Source: Paramecium tetraurelia
Taxonomy: Eukaryota
NCBI GenBank assembly: GCA_000165425.1
Contig: CT868196.1
Span: forward strand, 372,001 to 436,000
Length of the DNA stretch: 64,000 nt
Reading direction: 5' to 3'
Shown piece by piece: positions 25,535 to 39,155 of this stretch. The notes beneath the pieces are model-generated. The model worked only from the letters and a program-made list of their open reading frames with translations, had not been told where the DNA came from and did not search any database. A program made the position numbers and the translations under genes. The first letter of the stretch is position 1; each line of letters begins with the position of its first letter.

Positions 25535-26236
25535 TCACTAAACTACTTGTCTAGACTGCAAATATTCTTGTAAGTATTTCTACTCATACATAGGATCCAA
25601 AACTATATTAGGAATTTCCACATTCTATCCTGGTGCCACAGTTTAAGGGTTGTAATTTCCATTAAAATATTCCAATTATCTGAACATCTTTTCATGTTGT
25701 ATATAAGTTCTCAATCTTATATTTTCTGAATGTAAAAATGCATTTTCTTATTCCAATTGATCTTGTCTATTTCTCAACAATTGATTCTCGGCAGTTTTCT
25801 ATTAGCATAATTGATACAATGCTTGATTTTATGTTTCAGGCACATCATTTCTTTGATGCACTAATAAGGAAGTTATGTGCTATCTCTCTTCACTAATTTA
25901 CTACAAATGGTCTTTCACATTTAGTCCTACATGAATATAAATACAATACTAAATTGTTAATTGAGTTTATTCTACAATTCTGAACACTCGAGTTCCTTCT
26001 ATCGGTATAGCTCCATTAAATTTTAATATTTTTAATTCATCTCTTATTATTCTAATGCATTGCTATCCACCAAGGCAGTCAAAGTTTCAACTTCATCTAC
26101 AAGAATTTAAATTCTTTGCAATAATTTCTACACTATGTCTTCTTATGGCATGAATCTGTTAATTTATTTATTAAATAAATATAAATAAACACTATTGTAA
26201 AATCTTAAATTGTATTTCATTAGTTGGAATTCCCAT
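25535..26236 (-). CDS. Hypothetical coiled-coil protein (start could be 26151 instead)
   Basis: MPQEDIVQKLLQRIQILVDEVETL...LEQENAFLHSENIRLRTY. TGA 25535-25537. Confidence 0.5.
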
Positions 26237-26442
26237 ATTGTTATTTTATGCTTTTAAAAATAGACTCAATTAAATTAGCAACTTTAATTCAATGGTATTT
26301 TTATCAATAAAATTTATTTATATACTCTCTTACTAATCTTCAAGATTAATATTATTTTGGTTTATAATTTTGTTCAAATAATAGATTATTATATTAACCT
26401 ATATTTTATATAACCTATTATCAAAAATACTAAAATTTATAT

Positions 26443-27457
26443 TCACAAATCATTTTAAACTTCAGGTTTTTCCAATTTTTCATCTTGAAGTACATTTTGA
26501 GCATTATTTGAATCCTCCTCTGCTTACTTAATCAATTCACTTAAATCTGGGATTGCTCTTCTATGCAAGGGTTCCTAATTTCTATCTAATTATTTTACTT
26601 ATTTTCCTTCCATTTTTTCTTTTCCCCATTAGAAAACATCATCTAATGTTTATCCAGTAGCATCTGTTATATGGGTGAGATGATGAGGCTCTTAAACTAT
26701 TACAAAAATCAACATAAAAAATGCCACCAATCCTACTAATCGAAGTGCTATCTCCAATTTTCCATCTGAATATTTCGAAATTGAATAAATAGGTAAAAAT
26801 GAGCCTAGTATTCCATAAGACTAATTAATAGAGATTTAATTTACATCATCATTGATATTTGGCAAAATCCAGAATTCATATCCAAATAATCTTATTATTG
26901 AATATAGCAACAATCTACCAACTTAAAGCCCAATTAACGATATAAGCAGATATATTGTAAACTTAAATATGCCGTATTTAAAGGAAAAAGGCCATATTGG
27001 AAAGAGACAGATTAAAAATACACCAAGTAAAATGGCAGCCAACTTAATTGAGTTCATTTTGTTCTTGACATCTATACTCCAAGTGTAGAACCCATCTTCT
27101 ACAAAAGTTTAATCCTATCGCATATTGAAATATTAAAACTCTAACTAAGGTAACCAATTTTGGCCACTTTTTCTTTGGGTCATTAGTGTGTCTATCGATT
27201 CTCCAAATAATTTTGCATTCTAATAGGTATTTAGCAATTTATGCTGCGTCCTTCTTTTTATCAGTTAATGGAACTAACCCCTTAATTTCCTCAAAATTTG
27301 CAGTTGTGAATTTAATGAAATCCTCTCCTTTAAAGTATTATATCTTTCTTTGATAACTAAAGTTTGCCTCCCTAAGTTTAAAGCCACTATGCTATTAATG
27401 ATAATGTTGGTAAAGAGGATAAAAATATTTTTCAAACTCTTTTCTTTGTTAATTCAT
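26443..27457 (-). CDS. SEC62: ER translocation protein Sec62
   Basis: IQYFKGEDFI, FVEDGFYTW, CLFPIWP, GRLLLYSIIRLFGYEFWILPNINDD, GILGSFLPIYS, DDVFQWG. Confidence 0.88.
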
Positions 27458-27848
27458 TTACGTGTGTAATTATATAAATATTAAATTTTAATATTTATTT
27501 GATAATATTATTCAGAATGAAGATATTCATTATTTTATAATGAAGTATGTAAAACAATAACAATATCACATATAAAATAATTATCAACTGAAATATTGAA
27601 AGTACAATGAAAATTTTGTTGCCATCAGATTCAAATTCAATTCTTAGAAATATTGTTATAATTGATGCAACTAATTGATTCTGATATGCAAATCTTGAAA
27701 TTCGGTTTTGGTCTCTTTAGAATATTTGTTAAATAAGATTTCAACTAATAGTGTGTTGTCTAGATTTGATCAATTGAAATGCAAGAATAATAATAATAAT
27801 GTTTATAATTAATTTATTAAATATTAATAATAATACTTTGTGTATTCT

Positions 27849-30007
27849 ATGAGTTTAGGTTCTTCAGAATATTCAGTAGAAAATTATTGGAAATATATTT
27901 ATGTATCGTTGCTGATTTTCTCGTTATGCTCAGCTTCAGTCATACCCATAATTTATACGTACTCCCCGAAGTGTAGACATCACCCGGCATAAATTGTTCT
28001 GATATTATGTAGAATAATTTATATTTTAGGTATATTGGAAATGATAACCTGCTATTAACTATTTCTAGACAGTGTTAATTTTTAAGAACTGATTTAATTC
28101 TTAGACAATGTTATTGGCTACAATAAAATGAGGGAATATTATGTATTTGGTTTTGGTTCGATTTCGGATGAAACATTATGTTAAATAAATCAATCTCTTG
28201 TGTTTTTCGGATTCTTAGCGCAATTAAATTATTATGCAATTCTGACATTAGATTTTATACTAACTTTAACTAAACCCTTCTTGAATACTAAAATGAAGCA
28301 ACTTTCATATAATTTGGGAGCATCCTTTGTGACTTTGATAATGTTTTATTTGGAGAAAGATTCACTTGAAGTTACTTGTAAAGGAATAGGTGCGAGATAA
28401 GTCTCTTAGGTTTTTAAACTTCAGATGATGGTGATAACTGTATTATTAGCCATTTCAATCTATGTTGGAATCAAAGACTTAAAAAAAATGAAGAAAATCA
28501 ATAATGTGGTGAAAGAAAATAGAAAGAAATTTTTTTACAATCATCTAGTAAACTGTCATTAAACCTAAATTAGTACTTATTTCTGACTTTGTCGATAATG
28601 TGGAGTCTCCCTCTCATAATGACGACATTGAGTGAGCAGAGTCGAGTCCACAAATTAATCAATAAAATATATTTTGCCATTATGCTTTTACATCGTATAG
28701 TTTTATCTCCATATTTAGCAACAATTTTATTATGGATCCGACTTCGTGAACCCTATTTTAAGAGTAGAACATTCCTATTAATTGCCACAATCTTTTGTAA
28801 AAGAAGGTGGAAAGAAAATAAAGAGTAAAAATACCCTTTATAGCATTTAGCAAAAATGTTGATGATAGTATTATGGAACAATGCTAACTGCCTCTCAGTA
28901 AGTTAGTCTAAGAATAAACGAATTAAGAAACAGTATCTAACATTTTAAGTTCAATACTTAAAATTGTTACTTACGATGAAAAAATTACTGATTTACACAA
29001 ATAATGTAAATACAAAAAGCAATTCAGATTTTCATCCAACAAAAGTGATCAGCTTTAAAATGAGTCTTAATCTCCTTTGATACATTCAATCAATTACTCA
29101 TTAGAATTAACATTGCCATTCTAAATTAAAGAATACGCTCCAGCAGTATTTCAAGATATCAGAGAAAAAAATGGGATTTGTTATAAATAATTTCAAAATT
29201 CTTTGAGGTTAGATCAGAATTAAAATCAAATTAAAAAGACTCAAGAATCTTTGGGGAAAAGTGGATCATTCTTCTTTTATACTTATGATAATCTTTTTGT
29301 CTTGAAAACCATTACATAGTCTGAAATTAGGTTAATTTAAGAATGTAATTTCCTTATTTAATTTTATAGTTTTGGAAGACTATTACAAATATATCAATAG
29401 AGAGTAAACATTTTTGGCTAAATTTTATGGTCTGTATTCGATAAGTATAGAAGGGTTCTCCTAAATTCATTTGTTGCTTATGGAGAACATATTTGAGAAA
29501 ATTCCCAAAGAAAGAATAGTTTATGATTTGAAAGGAAGTCTTGTGAACAGAAAATAAAATGTTAAAAACAGCTAAGTTGTTGACCTCACAAGTTCTTTTG
29601 CTTAATATTTACCTTAGGAAGGTGTTTTAAAGGATCAAAACTTCATCAAATCAACAGATATTTTTATTCAATTGAAACAATAAGATAGAGATAATTTATT
29701 TAATATTCTTAAAGATGATATTGATTTCCTTCTTAAAAATAACATTATGGATTATTCATTGCTCATTGCTGTCTGTTACAACAACATTAGTAAGGGAAAA
29801 CGTGTATATTGTAATAGCAGCAAATGCTTTTGCTTTGGTTTGATTGATTATACCTAAAAATTCACATTCAAAAAGAAATTGGAATACTTTTACAAGTTTC
29901 ATGTGAAAAGAAAAGGCTAATAAATTTCATGTGTTGATCCTTAATTCTATAGTTAAAGATTTATTTCATTTGTTAATAGTATTATTGCTATTAATGATTG
30001 GGCATGA
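27849..30007 (+). CDS. 7TM (GPCR-like) domain fused to phosphatidylinositol phosphate kinase (GPCR-PIPK)
   Basis: N-terminal ~7 hydrophobic helices with KCRHHPAQIVL after TM1. PIPK motifs IKEYAPAVFQDIR, GKSGSFFFYTYD...LKTI, KFYGLY, YDLKGS, LKDQNF, IMDYSLL, GLIDY, ISCVDPQFYSQRF. Confidence 0.88.
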
Positions 30008-30846
30008 ATTATTAATTTGTTTATACATAATTTTAAGATTTTTTATTTTCTTAAATCGACAATCATTAGCAAAATCTATTCTTTTGAATATATCTTTTTG
30101 GTTCGTAGAACTATTTGGATATAAGGAAAGTGTAAGCAAAAATACTGAAAATTATTAGATTTTCATAAATATCAAAATAGCAGAAATATCTAAATTACGA
30201 ATCAATGTTTGAATTTAGAATCAATAACTTTATATATACTTTCTCAAAATTCATCTATTCTAATTCGTTAAGAAAGCCAATTATTAAGGATCCTAATTAG
30301 GATGATCACTGATAGCATTGTCTCTGTTCAAATTAACTATTGTTATAATAAATATTCTTTTAGAGGTGACCAAACCAAAATAAAAATATAATGAATTTAT
30401 TCAATCAAAAATTAAAATGCCAACTAGATTGAGTATATGTATGAATTAAATATGCTAACTATCTCATCTATTGAATTGCATCTTGAATTTGAAATCCTGT
30501 CATTTCAGGAATTTTTGAATTAGGATACAATCTATTAAAATTTTATTAGATTTAAATTTTAAGTTTGTTATTGGCAACTCATGACTGAAACATTAATGAA
30601 ACTACTTACTTCTTAAGAAGAAAGATGTTTTAAAGTTCTCATGACTTAGGCCTACTCATAAGTTACACAATTTATCTGATTTGAGTTCTAACTAATTTTT
30701 ATCAATTGTTAATTACAATAATGTTGCATAGACTATTGGGTTTGATTGTGATGTTAGTTGTGAAATTTATTGAGAAAAAGATTCATATAAAAAAATTTGT
30801 GAATATATTGTTCAATTTTTGTTAATCCAAAAACAAAAAAGATGGT

Positions 30847-31209
30847 TCACTTTTACTCTTTGTCACTTGTGATTTGCATTTACTTAAATGATCCAACTGA
30901 AAGGCCATTTAAATTAAAATAACTCTCAATTTCTTCAATTTAACTCCCTTGGCTTTCTTAATAATATTCCTCTATTTCATATTGTTCGTTTTTATTGATA
31001 ACCTCCAATTATTTGAACAATTAAGCGAAATCATTTTCATTTTTTGGGTATACTATATAAAAGACCTTCAAATTTTAATCTTAAAAAGAGTTAGAAATTT
31101 TTTTTTTTAAGGTCCTTTATTCTTGTTTCTATGTATTTTTGGAAGTAATTGTGATTTCATTTTAGCAAGATTTAAGATCAAAAGTTTGACATTTGCAGAT
31201 TGAGCCCAT
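30847..31209 (-). CDS. Small hypothetical protein with MGxxC acylation motif (120 aa)
   Basis: MGSICKCQTFDLKSC... open in code 6 to TGA 30847-30849. No recognisable domain. Confidence 0.4.
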
Positions 31210-32538
31210 AATTTTTAACAACAAATAATTATTAAGATCTAAAATTCAAAATTTTTATAAATGATAAATGATTTATAGAAGTATGAAGTAATTTATAAAG
31301 CCTAATGGTTTGAACATTAATGAATTTTTTCATTTCTAAGATTTCACCATATTAAACTGATGACTTAGGATCAAATTATTGTCAATAATTTGATTTTTTA
31401 GTTGGGTAAAGTAGGCAATTAGTATTTCTTTAGTGTTTCATAAAAATATATAGTCAAATTGGCATTAATCCTATTCAGTCTATCATTTTTCTTTTAGGAT
31501 ATATCGTTAATAGTATTTAGTGTTTTTGAAATTGTAACTATATTACAAGTATATTGGATAAATCAAAAATATTTAACATTAATTTAAATAAAATAAATAA
31601 GAAAATAATAATTATTCATTTCAAATCATGATGGTATATATTTTTCGAATAATTAATACATTTTAAAAGGTTGAGTACATTATTTTGTTTTGCCAAGCCA
31701 AAGTCTAAAATATTTAAAATTAAAAATAATCTCCATATGTCTATAATGTTTTTATAGTGAAATTCTTTATAAATATTAAATATTATTTTACTAAGGATGT
31801 CTATTACTTTAGTTTTGCTTATTGTGTTATGTGTAACTATTCTTTAGTTAACGCAGATTTTTAATAAATTTTAACATCAAATATATTAACCAGCTTTATT
31901 TTTATTTAAATTGTAAAATTTGATTTACTTATCAACTAAATGCTTTTGTTTTTCTTTAAGGTTAAGGAAATCAAAAAATTAGAGGTCTAATAATAAGTCC
32001 ATATTAAAACCTGTAGAATTGGTCTTTCAAATGTATGTAAGTTAAATTCTGGAATGATAAGGTCCTTTATGATTTAGTTCTTTTGAAATGTATAGAATTA
32101 CTTTCAAGACTTTTAATCTTAAAAGTATGATATAGTGAAGAATCTAATCTTTGAATGACATTAAGATTTATTCTTACCGTGGAAAAAAGAAAAACCCTAA
32201 ATTAAAATAAGTCGAAAGTTTTGTAATATCATTAAGATTTCCAATTATAATCATGACTTCAATAAACAGATTCTATATGCTCAATTGAGGGCTTCATAAG
32301 GTTGTGAAACAGCATTATAAAACCACTCTTTACAGCTTTATTGTAATTCAAATTATTGGAGTAGATCTTAGAAGTAGAAAGGCAGTTGATGGGAAGCATA
32401 TACATTTTCTTAAAATTAATGTAATTAATCAAATATATAGATGATTTTCTAGAATGATAAAAATTAAATTAATAATTTAAAACAAAGGAAATGTTAAATA
32501 TTCAACTATTTGATATAAATTTAGCATTCAGAAATAGT

Positions 32539-32952
32539 TCATTATTTTTTTTATTGCAGCCAATTCCCTTTGGATTATTTGATATCATCTTGCTCTTCTT
32601 CTTTGATATTTTAACGATTTTAGAACAGATTTTGTTAAGGTTATTGTGGTGTTCTTTATTATTGAGTCATCTATGGATGTAATTAAGGTTATTATATATG
32701 AGGATAATATGGACCCATGTTTATCTAATGTAAAATAAATAAATACAATAAAGGTGTTAGGTATTTAAGTGGGAATAATGAGTGGGTAGAGTAATTGAGG
32801 ACAATATTAATTTATTAAGTCATTTCCATTTTGCATTCTCTAATTCTAAATTTCAAGCAATTCTTTAAATGCCTAAGGGTTGGATATTTAATGATTACTT
32901 CAAGAAATTATTCTTAAGGATCGCCATCTTCATCAAATTGATTAGAATGCAT
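32539..32952 (-). CDS. Small Q/P-rich hypothetical protein
   Basis: MHSNQFDEDGDPQEQFLE; two canonical GTA...TAG introns (26 and 22 nt); TGA 32539-32541. Confidence 0.5.
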
Positions 32953-33245
32953 AATGAAAAATATTAATAATTATGAATATATATTGCATTAAGTATCTTA
33001 ATTTGATGATTTCATCAAAAGTGTTGATATAATTTTAATATTGATTCTTCAAATCAGATAACATCAAAGAATTGAAATATTTTGGTCAATAGTATTTACT
33101 TATGAACTTGTAGTCTACTTAAATTAGTCATATTTTATTTCAACGAAAAGTGATAATATTGACAACAATTCATATATACTTATCAACGCCAAACATTTCA
33201 TTTTTAATTTTTATATAAAATTAGCAATAAAAATTTAGTTTACAT

Positions 33246-34305
33246 TCATTTCCAATAAGATTAGACATCTACAACTATTAAAGTCATATTGTCTTTTTTA
33301 TAATTAGTATTTTTGGATGCTGCTTTGTCCAAGAGATATTATGCTAATTAATCTATTTCCTTTCTATTCCAATTTTCAATCAATTTTTTTAACTCATCAT
33401 TTTTAATAATCTATATATATTGATATAATCTTTTACATCCCAAAAGCCATCAGATGCCAAAATTAAGTATTTATCCTTTTGATCAACTTAATGTATCTTA
33501 ATTTCAGGGATGGCAATCAAACCTGATTGTCTGTGTTTCTTATCCCCAAATGCTCTGGTTACTGCCAATTCTCCATTGATTCTTGGGATAGAACTAGAAT
33601 AGTATATTGAAATACTGTCTATCTAGAATAGTTGCCATCTGTTCGACTCGTTTGAATTCGTCTTCTCTATTTAATTTATGTTCAAGATTCAATTTCTGAA
33701 TTTCGCATTCTTCTGTGATTAAAACACATGCAGAATCCCCCAAATTGACGATATAGAGATCTTTGTGTTTATTAATAACACAAATTGCAGTAGAACCACC
33801 AAGCAATTGATTTTCATCTTGACAATCAAGGATGTATTTATTCATTTTCTCAAAACCATTTATTATTGCTTTCTCTAGATCATCACAAAATTTGTTTTCT
33901 TCTTATAAATATTTATGTAAATTATTTTCGAGAATTGCGGATACAGAATGACCTGCATGACCATCATAAATTGCATAAAAGAATTAGGCCTCTTTGTTCT
34001 GATTTAGATTGGGAATGGCAACAAACTTAAATTAAGAGGATTTCATACTCTATCTTCTTGATACTTTCTACCACACTTAAGTTGAGCCACATCAGCAACT
34101 GTCTTTCCATTATGAGAAAATTATAAAGACTAATCACTTACTATTAATAAATTCAATAATACATAGGTTCATGGAAAAACACCTCTGTTTATTGCTTCCA
34201 TCCATCTGAAGAATGAGTACTCTCAGGCTAGACATCGGTGATGTTGACATTTAACTACAATTTAGGTTTAGGTTTCTTTTGATTATTAGTTGATGTCTAA
34301 ATCAT
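33246..34305 (-). CDS. Protein phosphatase 2C (PPM family)
   Basis: RKYQEDR, IYDGHAG, GGSTAI, NLGDSACV, RINGELAVTRAFGD, LILASDGFWD, KDNMTLIVV. Confidence 0.92.
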
Positions 34306-34377
34306 AGTAATAAAAATTATTGTATTATATTATTAGAACATATTTTGGAAATGATTTTATGTAAAACTTTTTATATA

Positions 34378-35469
34378 TCAGTTTTGACTTAATCTGAGTT
34401 TTCTTTCGTGATTCTCATCTTCGACTTAATTGAATCTGTCTTCAACCATATCTTCCAATTGACTGACCAATTAAAGTTCGTTTCTTCTGGCTTAAGTGGC
34501 AAAGTTGTATTCGTTTTAGAAGGTAGCACATAATGCAGTAGCTTAATCCCAAAGTTATTGATTTCTTTAGAGTTTTCCTGAAGCAGTCTAAGCAATGGCA
34601 GAATTAGTTCCGATACATTAAACCAAATGATCCAATTTATCTTGTAATCTTTCAGCTTAAGCAGAAAGTCTTTCAAGAGTTTATCCTATTCTCTCCTTCT
34701 AATCATTGAAGGCAGCAATAGATTATCCATTTGATTCAGCATAATCGTTGTAAGCCTCATGGATATTTTATCTCAAGGTGTCCAATAATTAAGCTACTCT
34801 CTCAAGAGAAGTCTCATCGAAATCCTTTTATGAAGCCAATTAAGATAATGCATAAAGGATTGGAGCGAATCTAGTGGTTTCCTTGATACTGAAAGATGTT
34901 TAGAGCATAACCTTTGAAACTCTACTGATCTCAGCGAAACTTCCTGATCCACTATAGATGGCAGCCAAGATGTCTGAAGCCTCGTCAATAGCATGAAGAG
35001 CGTCTTCATAATCTCTTCCTCTCTTCTTGAAATAACTTGCTTCTTATTCGGCAGCTGTCAATACCATATTCAAATGCTTCTCTGCTGTGAATGTTTATTG
35101 TTAATTGACTTCCTATTAATTGGTGGCTCTGATTTTTGATGTTTGACAAACATTTAATTAAGCAGTAGAATCTCTAAGGATGTTTTTAGCTTCTTAGACT
35201 TCCTTGCTTCTGAATTCATCTTCAGATTCACATTCTCTGACTTCAATTTAGTAGATTTCGTCATGATTCACTTATTCAAAATTTACTGAATCTCTGAAAT
35301 CTCTCAAAACATTCAAAATAGCATCCAATGGAGATTTTGTTGAAATCTTAGCTTCCACTTCAGCCATTACTGATATTAGGGATCTCTTATTGGAGTAATC
35401 CAACTTATTCTTATATGTAGCAGCAGAGGCAACACTTAAGAGTAAAACCACCAATAGAACTGTTCTCAT
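34378..35469 (-). CDS. TMP: Trichocyst matrix protein (TMP/Grl-type dense-core granule precursor)
   Basis: Intronless 363-aa code-6 ORF. Signal peptide MRTVLLVVLLLSVASA, SPLDAILNVL, AIDEASDIL...SFAEI, FAPILYALSQLASQ, acidic helical repeats typical of TMPs. Confidence 0.8.
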
Positions 35470-35839
35470 TAATAATAATATTGTTCTAAGCCTAGGCACA
35501 TTATCGTTTTTAAATCTGTTAAATCACTTATTCGAAATGCTCAACTTCTGTTAGTTTACTAAAATAGAATTGAACATAATTCAAAATCAAGAGTTTATTT
35601 TTTAATTAAGTTTAATGAAATTTTTTTAATTGTCTTTGAGACACAATTGATTATTCCAAATCTATGTATTAATTATTCTTAACCTATGATCATTTGCATA
35701 AATGATAGAGTGATGTTAGTATTTGGATGCCCATCAACTTTTTTAGAGAAATTTTAAATTTAAAGAAATCTGGTCTGATACTAAAATTCTCATTATTTTG
35801 TATGATTACTAAAAAATATATATTGTATTTTTATTTATT

Positions 35840-36242
35840 TCATCTTGCAAACAGTTTTCCTTATTGACTACAATTAAATTAACTAAATACTGTTTTCTGT
35901 AGAGCTGATACAACCCAGTTTGAGCCATGCAGAAATTGCAAATGACTAAACTATAGACTCTTGGTGTAATAATGAAACACCACCTAGTTTTTAATAACAT
36001 GCCATTTACCTTGTGAATAACAATCCCGTCCAAGCTATAACGCATTGTTAAAGTGTGTTAACTTATTCAACTGGTTTGCGCATGTCACCTATGTTAGCAA
36101 TAGAAATCCCCCATTTGGCTAATGGAGTCCAGAAAAAGATTGTGAAAGGACCTTTCTCACTCATTAAGAATCTCTTCATGAACGCAGGCCAAAAATTCCA
36201 TGCGCAAACATATTGCTACATCTTAGGCACTATTCCAAACAT
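35840..36242 (-). CDS. MPC: Mitochondrial pyruvate carrier subunit (MPC2-like)
   Basis: GPFTIFFWTPLAKWGISIANIGDMRKPVEQV...TGLLFTRWCFIITPRVYSLVICNFCMAQTGLYQLYRK, two introns. Confidence 0.9.
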
Positions 36243-37768
36243 GTGATTCAAATAAATATATAAATTCTCTAAATCAAAATATGATATTCTGAATAAATCA
36301 TAATACAAATGAATGGTAAGTCACTTTAATACTCTTTTTTTTACTTATTCTCTATCAAAGATATCAGACTGATTATAAATAATTGTTGATCCACTTTAAT
36401 GAAGATATCAATCAAAAGTTTTTGCATTTTATTCTTTTATAATTGAGAGTGTTGTAAACATCGTAATATTGAGAATATTGGTTTAGATTCATAATTCTGA
36501 GATAGTCATTCAAATCAATTTTGATTGGTTGCTGAAGTGTATTTTCAAGAATAAACTCTTTATAATTCAATAATATTATCCTCTGAAATATATATAAATT
36601 AAATAATATTATTATCTCATTTTAGATTTTTAAAGATCTCATTCTTTTGTCTGGATCATATTCTCCTTTTCGTATTAATGAAAAGAAATAAAATAAATTA
36701 AAATTTATGGGGAATGATAAAATTCTTCATAATATCAAAATTTGATCGCCATCCTCATATATAAATTTAATTAGATAAAATAAGCTAGAAGTCTCTTGAA
36801 TATCGATACATATATGCTGATTCTAAATGTAATATCAAATGGAGAATTAAGGAAGAGATTATAGATTTTTTTATAGAAATTTGTAGAAATATAAATATAT
36901 TATATTCAAATTCATGATTGCCATTCTGATTTAATCTTTGATATCTTTATTATCTGAATTTAGTTTGAAGTAGATCCTCGAAAACTTGGAAGGGTAAAAT
37001 TTCATAATTTAACCCTAATATATGTAGAAAGAAGTGATTTGGCATTTTTGAAACAAAAAAATGAAAGTAAACTGAAAGGATTTGAATAAGATCCCTGAAT
37101 TTTCTTAGATAAAATCTAATTCTGGTTTTTGTAAGATTCTTGAAATATTCAAGAGAAGAATTCAATAGGACAATTAGGAAATATTGGTTTTAAAATATAA
37201 TTTATTTTAATAGCGTGATAAGTTCCACATAATATACTATAATCTATTGATTTGAAATATGAAATAACATACCCCTCTTTAAGGTTAAAGGGTAATTTAT
37301 ATAGTAGACACTCATTAGATACTTTATCCTAAGTTATTTTAAAAAGTAGTATAGCCCATAATAAATTATATTATTGGATTATTTGATGTATGAAAGGGTT
37401 TAGAAGTTAACGGAAAAATATTGAAAAGAATATGGCAGATTAGCTTAAAATTATTTATTATTGTGTCCATAAGTCTAATTTAGTATATCAAAATGGCTAT
37501 GCAAAATTTTTATTTAGTTATAACGAAACTAAGATTTTAATTAAAGCATATATTAGAACAAAATAAATCTTTATTTTGATTTCTAAATAAAAATATCCAT
37601 TAAAATTATGAAATATGTTATTCTTGCAACTAAATTGATTCATTTTCAATAAAATTATCCAAGATCAAATTATGGGGGTGCCTTTTGTTACGTGATTTCA
37701 TAAGATTCATAATGTCTGGTTATAAGGAATATATTTTTTTAAGTTTTTTTTCTGCTCTTAAAATTTGA

Positions 37769-39140
37769 ATGCATCAGTTCTCTTGTCAAGCATTTTATTT
37801 GGATGTTGATGGAGGTCGTCAATAAGTAACGATTATCTCAAAAAGTGGCTCGTTGTTAATAAAAGTACATATTGTATTAAGAATTTAAAAAGACATCACA
37901 AAATGACTAGTAAATGGTGTACTTGCCAGCCGGGTCGATGGACACAATACTACACTTTGGTAAATAAATCAATGAAAGTATATTACTTTATAATCGTAGA
38001 TGAAGAATTGTATACACTGGATTTGGAAAATCCTGAAACACAAATAAAAGTGTCTTTTCTCTTGAATCAGGAAGATAATTACGAACTGTAAAACCAATTA
38101 AGAGGAAAGCAAGTTTTCTTTCGCTCTTAAAATCCTCGAATATTGGCTTAGATAGCACCAGGGATCTGTAAAATAAGATACTTATATTAGAACTGATTTA
38201 AACTCAAAACAATGTAATGATTGAGAAAATGGCTCCTTTTCCCAAGACGTTGTAAGATTAAGCCTCGATAAGCAGACTGGTAGATTATTTAGTTTAATTA
38301 TAAGGGATAATTGAAGCAGGAAGCTGATATCCTCAGTCTATTGAAAGAGCATGAACATTAAAATATAATTAAATTGGAAGAAATCGTGACGGATAACGAA
38401 TGTGTGTCTATCACTCTAGAGAATTGCTAAGGAGGAGATCTACTTAAGTTACTAAATAAGAAAGCGAGCAAGATAGATGTTCCTCTCTTTATGTAAAACC
38501 TACTCTCAGGTACTAGATGGTCTTAATAATCAAATAGGTTTAAGACATCTTCATGAACTAAACATAGTACATCGAGATATCAAACTTCAAAACATATTGT
38601 TTCTAGATACACAAAATGGCAATAGCTTAAAAATTGCCGATTTTGGCCTTTCTTGTTTTAAATAACAAATCCCATACTATAACCCTAGGTAATATTTGGA
38701 ATAATAATTCAATAGATGTGGAACTCCTGGATATACTGCTCCAGAAGTGTTTGACCAATAGTGTAATTATGATGAGAAAGTAGATATCTATAGTGCTGGA
38801 ATCATACTCTATAATATGTATATAATTTGACTTATATCTATTTAGGTTGACCAGAAAAAACCCTTTCGGTAATTCGAAGAATGTTTAAGATATCATCAAA
38901 AGAAACATCAGTGGATAATACGATGAAAGTCATTTGGTGAATGTGAAAATAAATAATCCACTTGGATACGATCTACTTATTAAGATGCTCTAGAAGGATC
39001 CTCGCAATCGTCCAAGTGCAAGTGAATGCCTAAAACACCCATACTTAAATCTAGAAAATGGAGTAATTGAGGATGATGAAGACAAGAATACATATGAAAG
39101 TCAGAAGAGAGTTCAAACAATAAAACGTGTAAAGATTTGA
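37769..39140 (+). CDS. Ser/Thr protein kinase (CaMK-group like) with N-terminal extension and divergent N-lobe
   Basis: HRDIKLQN, KIADFGLS, CGTPGYTAPE, DIYSAGII, DPRNRPSASECLKHPY. Confidence 0.85.
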
Positions 39141-39155
39141 ATTTTGTGAATACTA

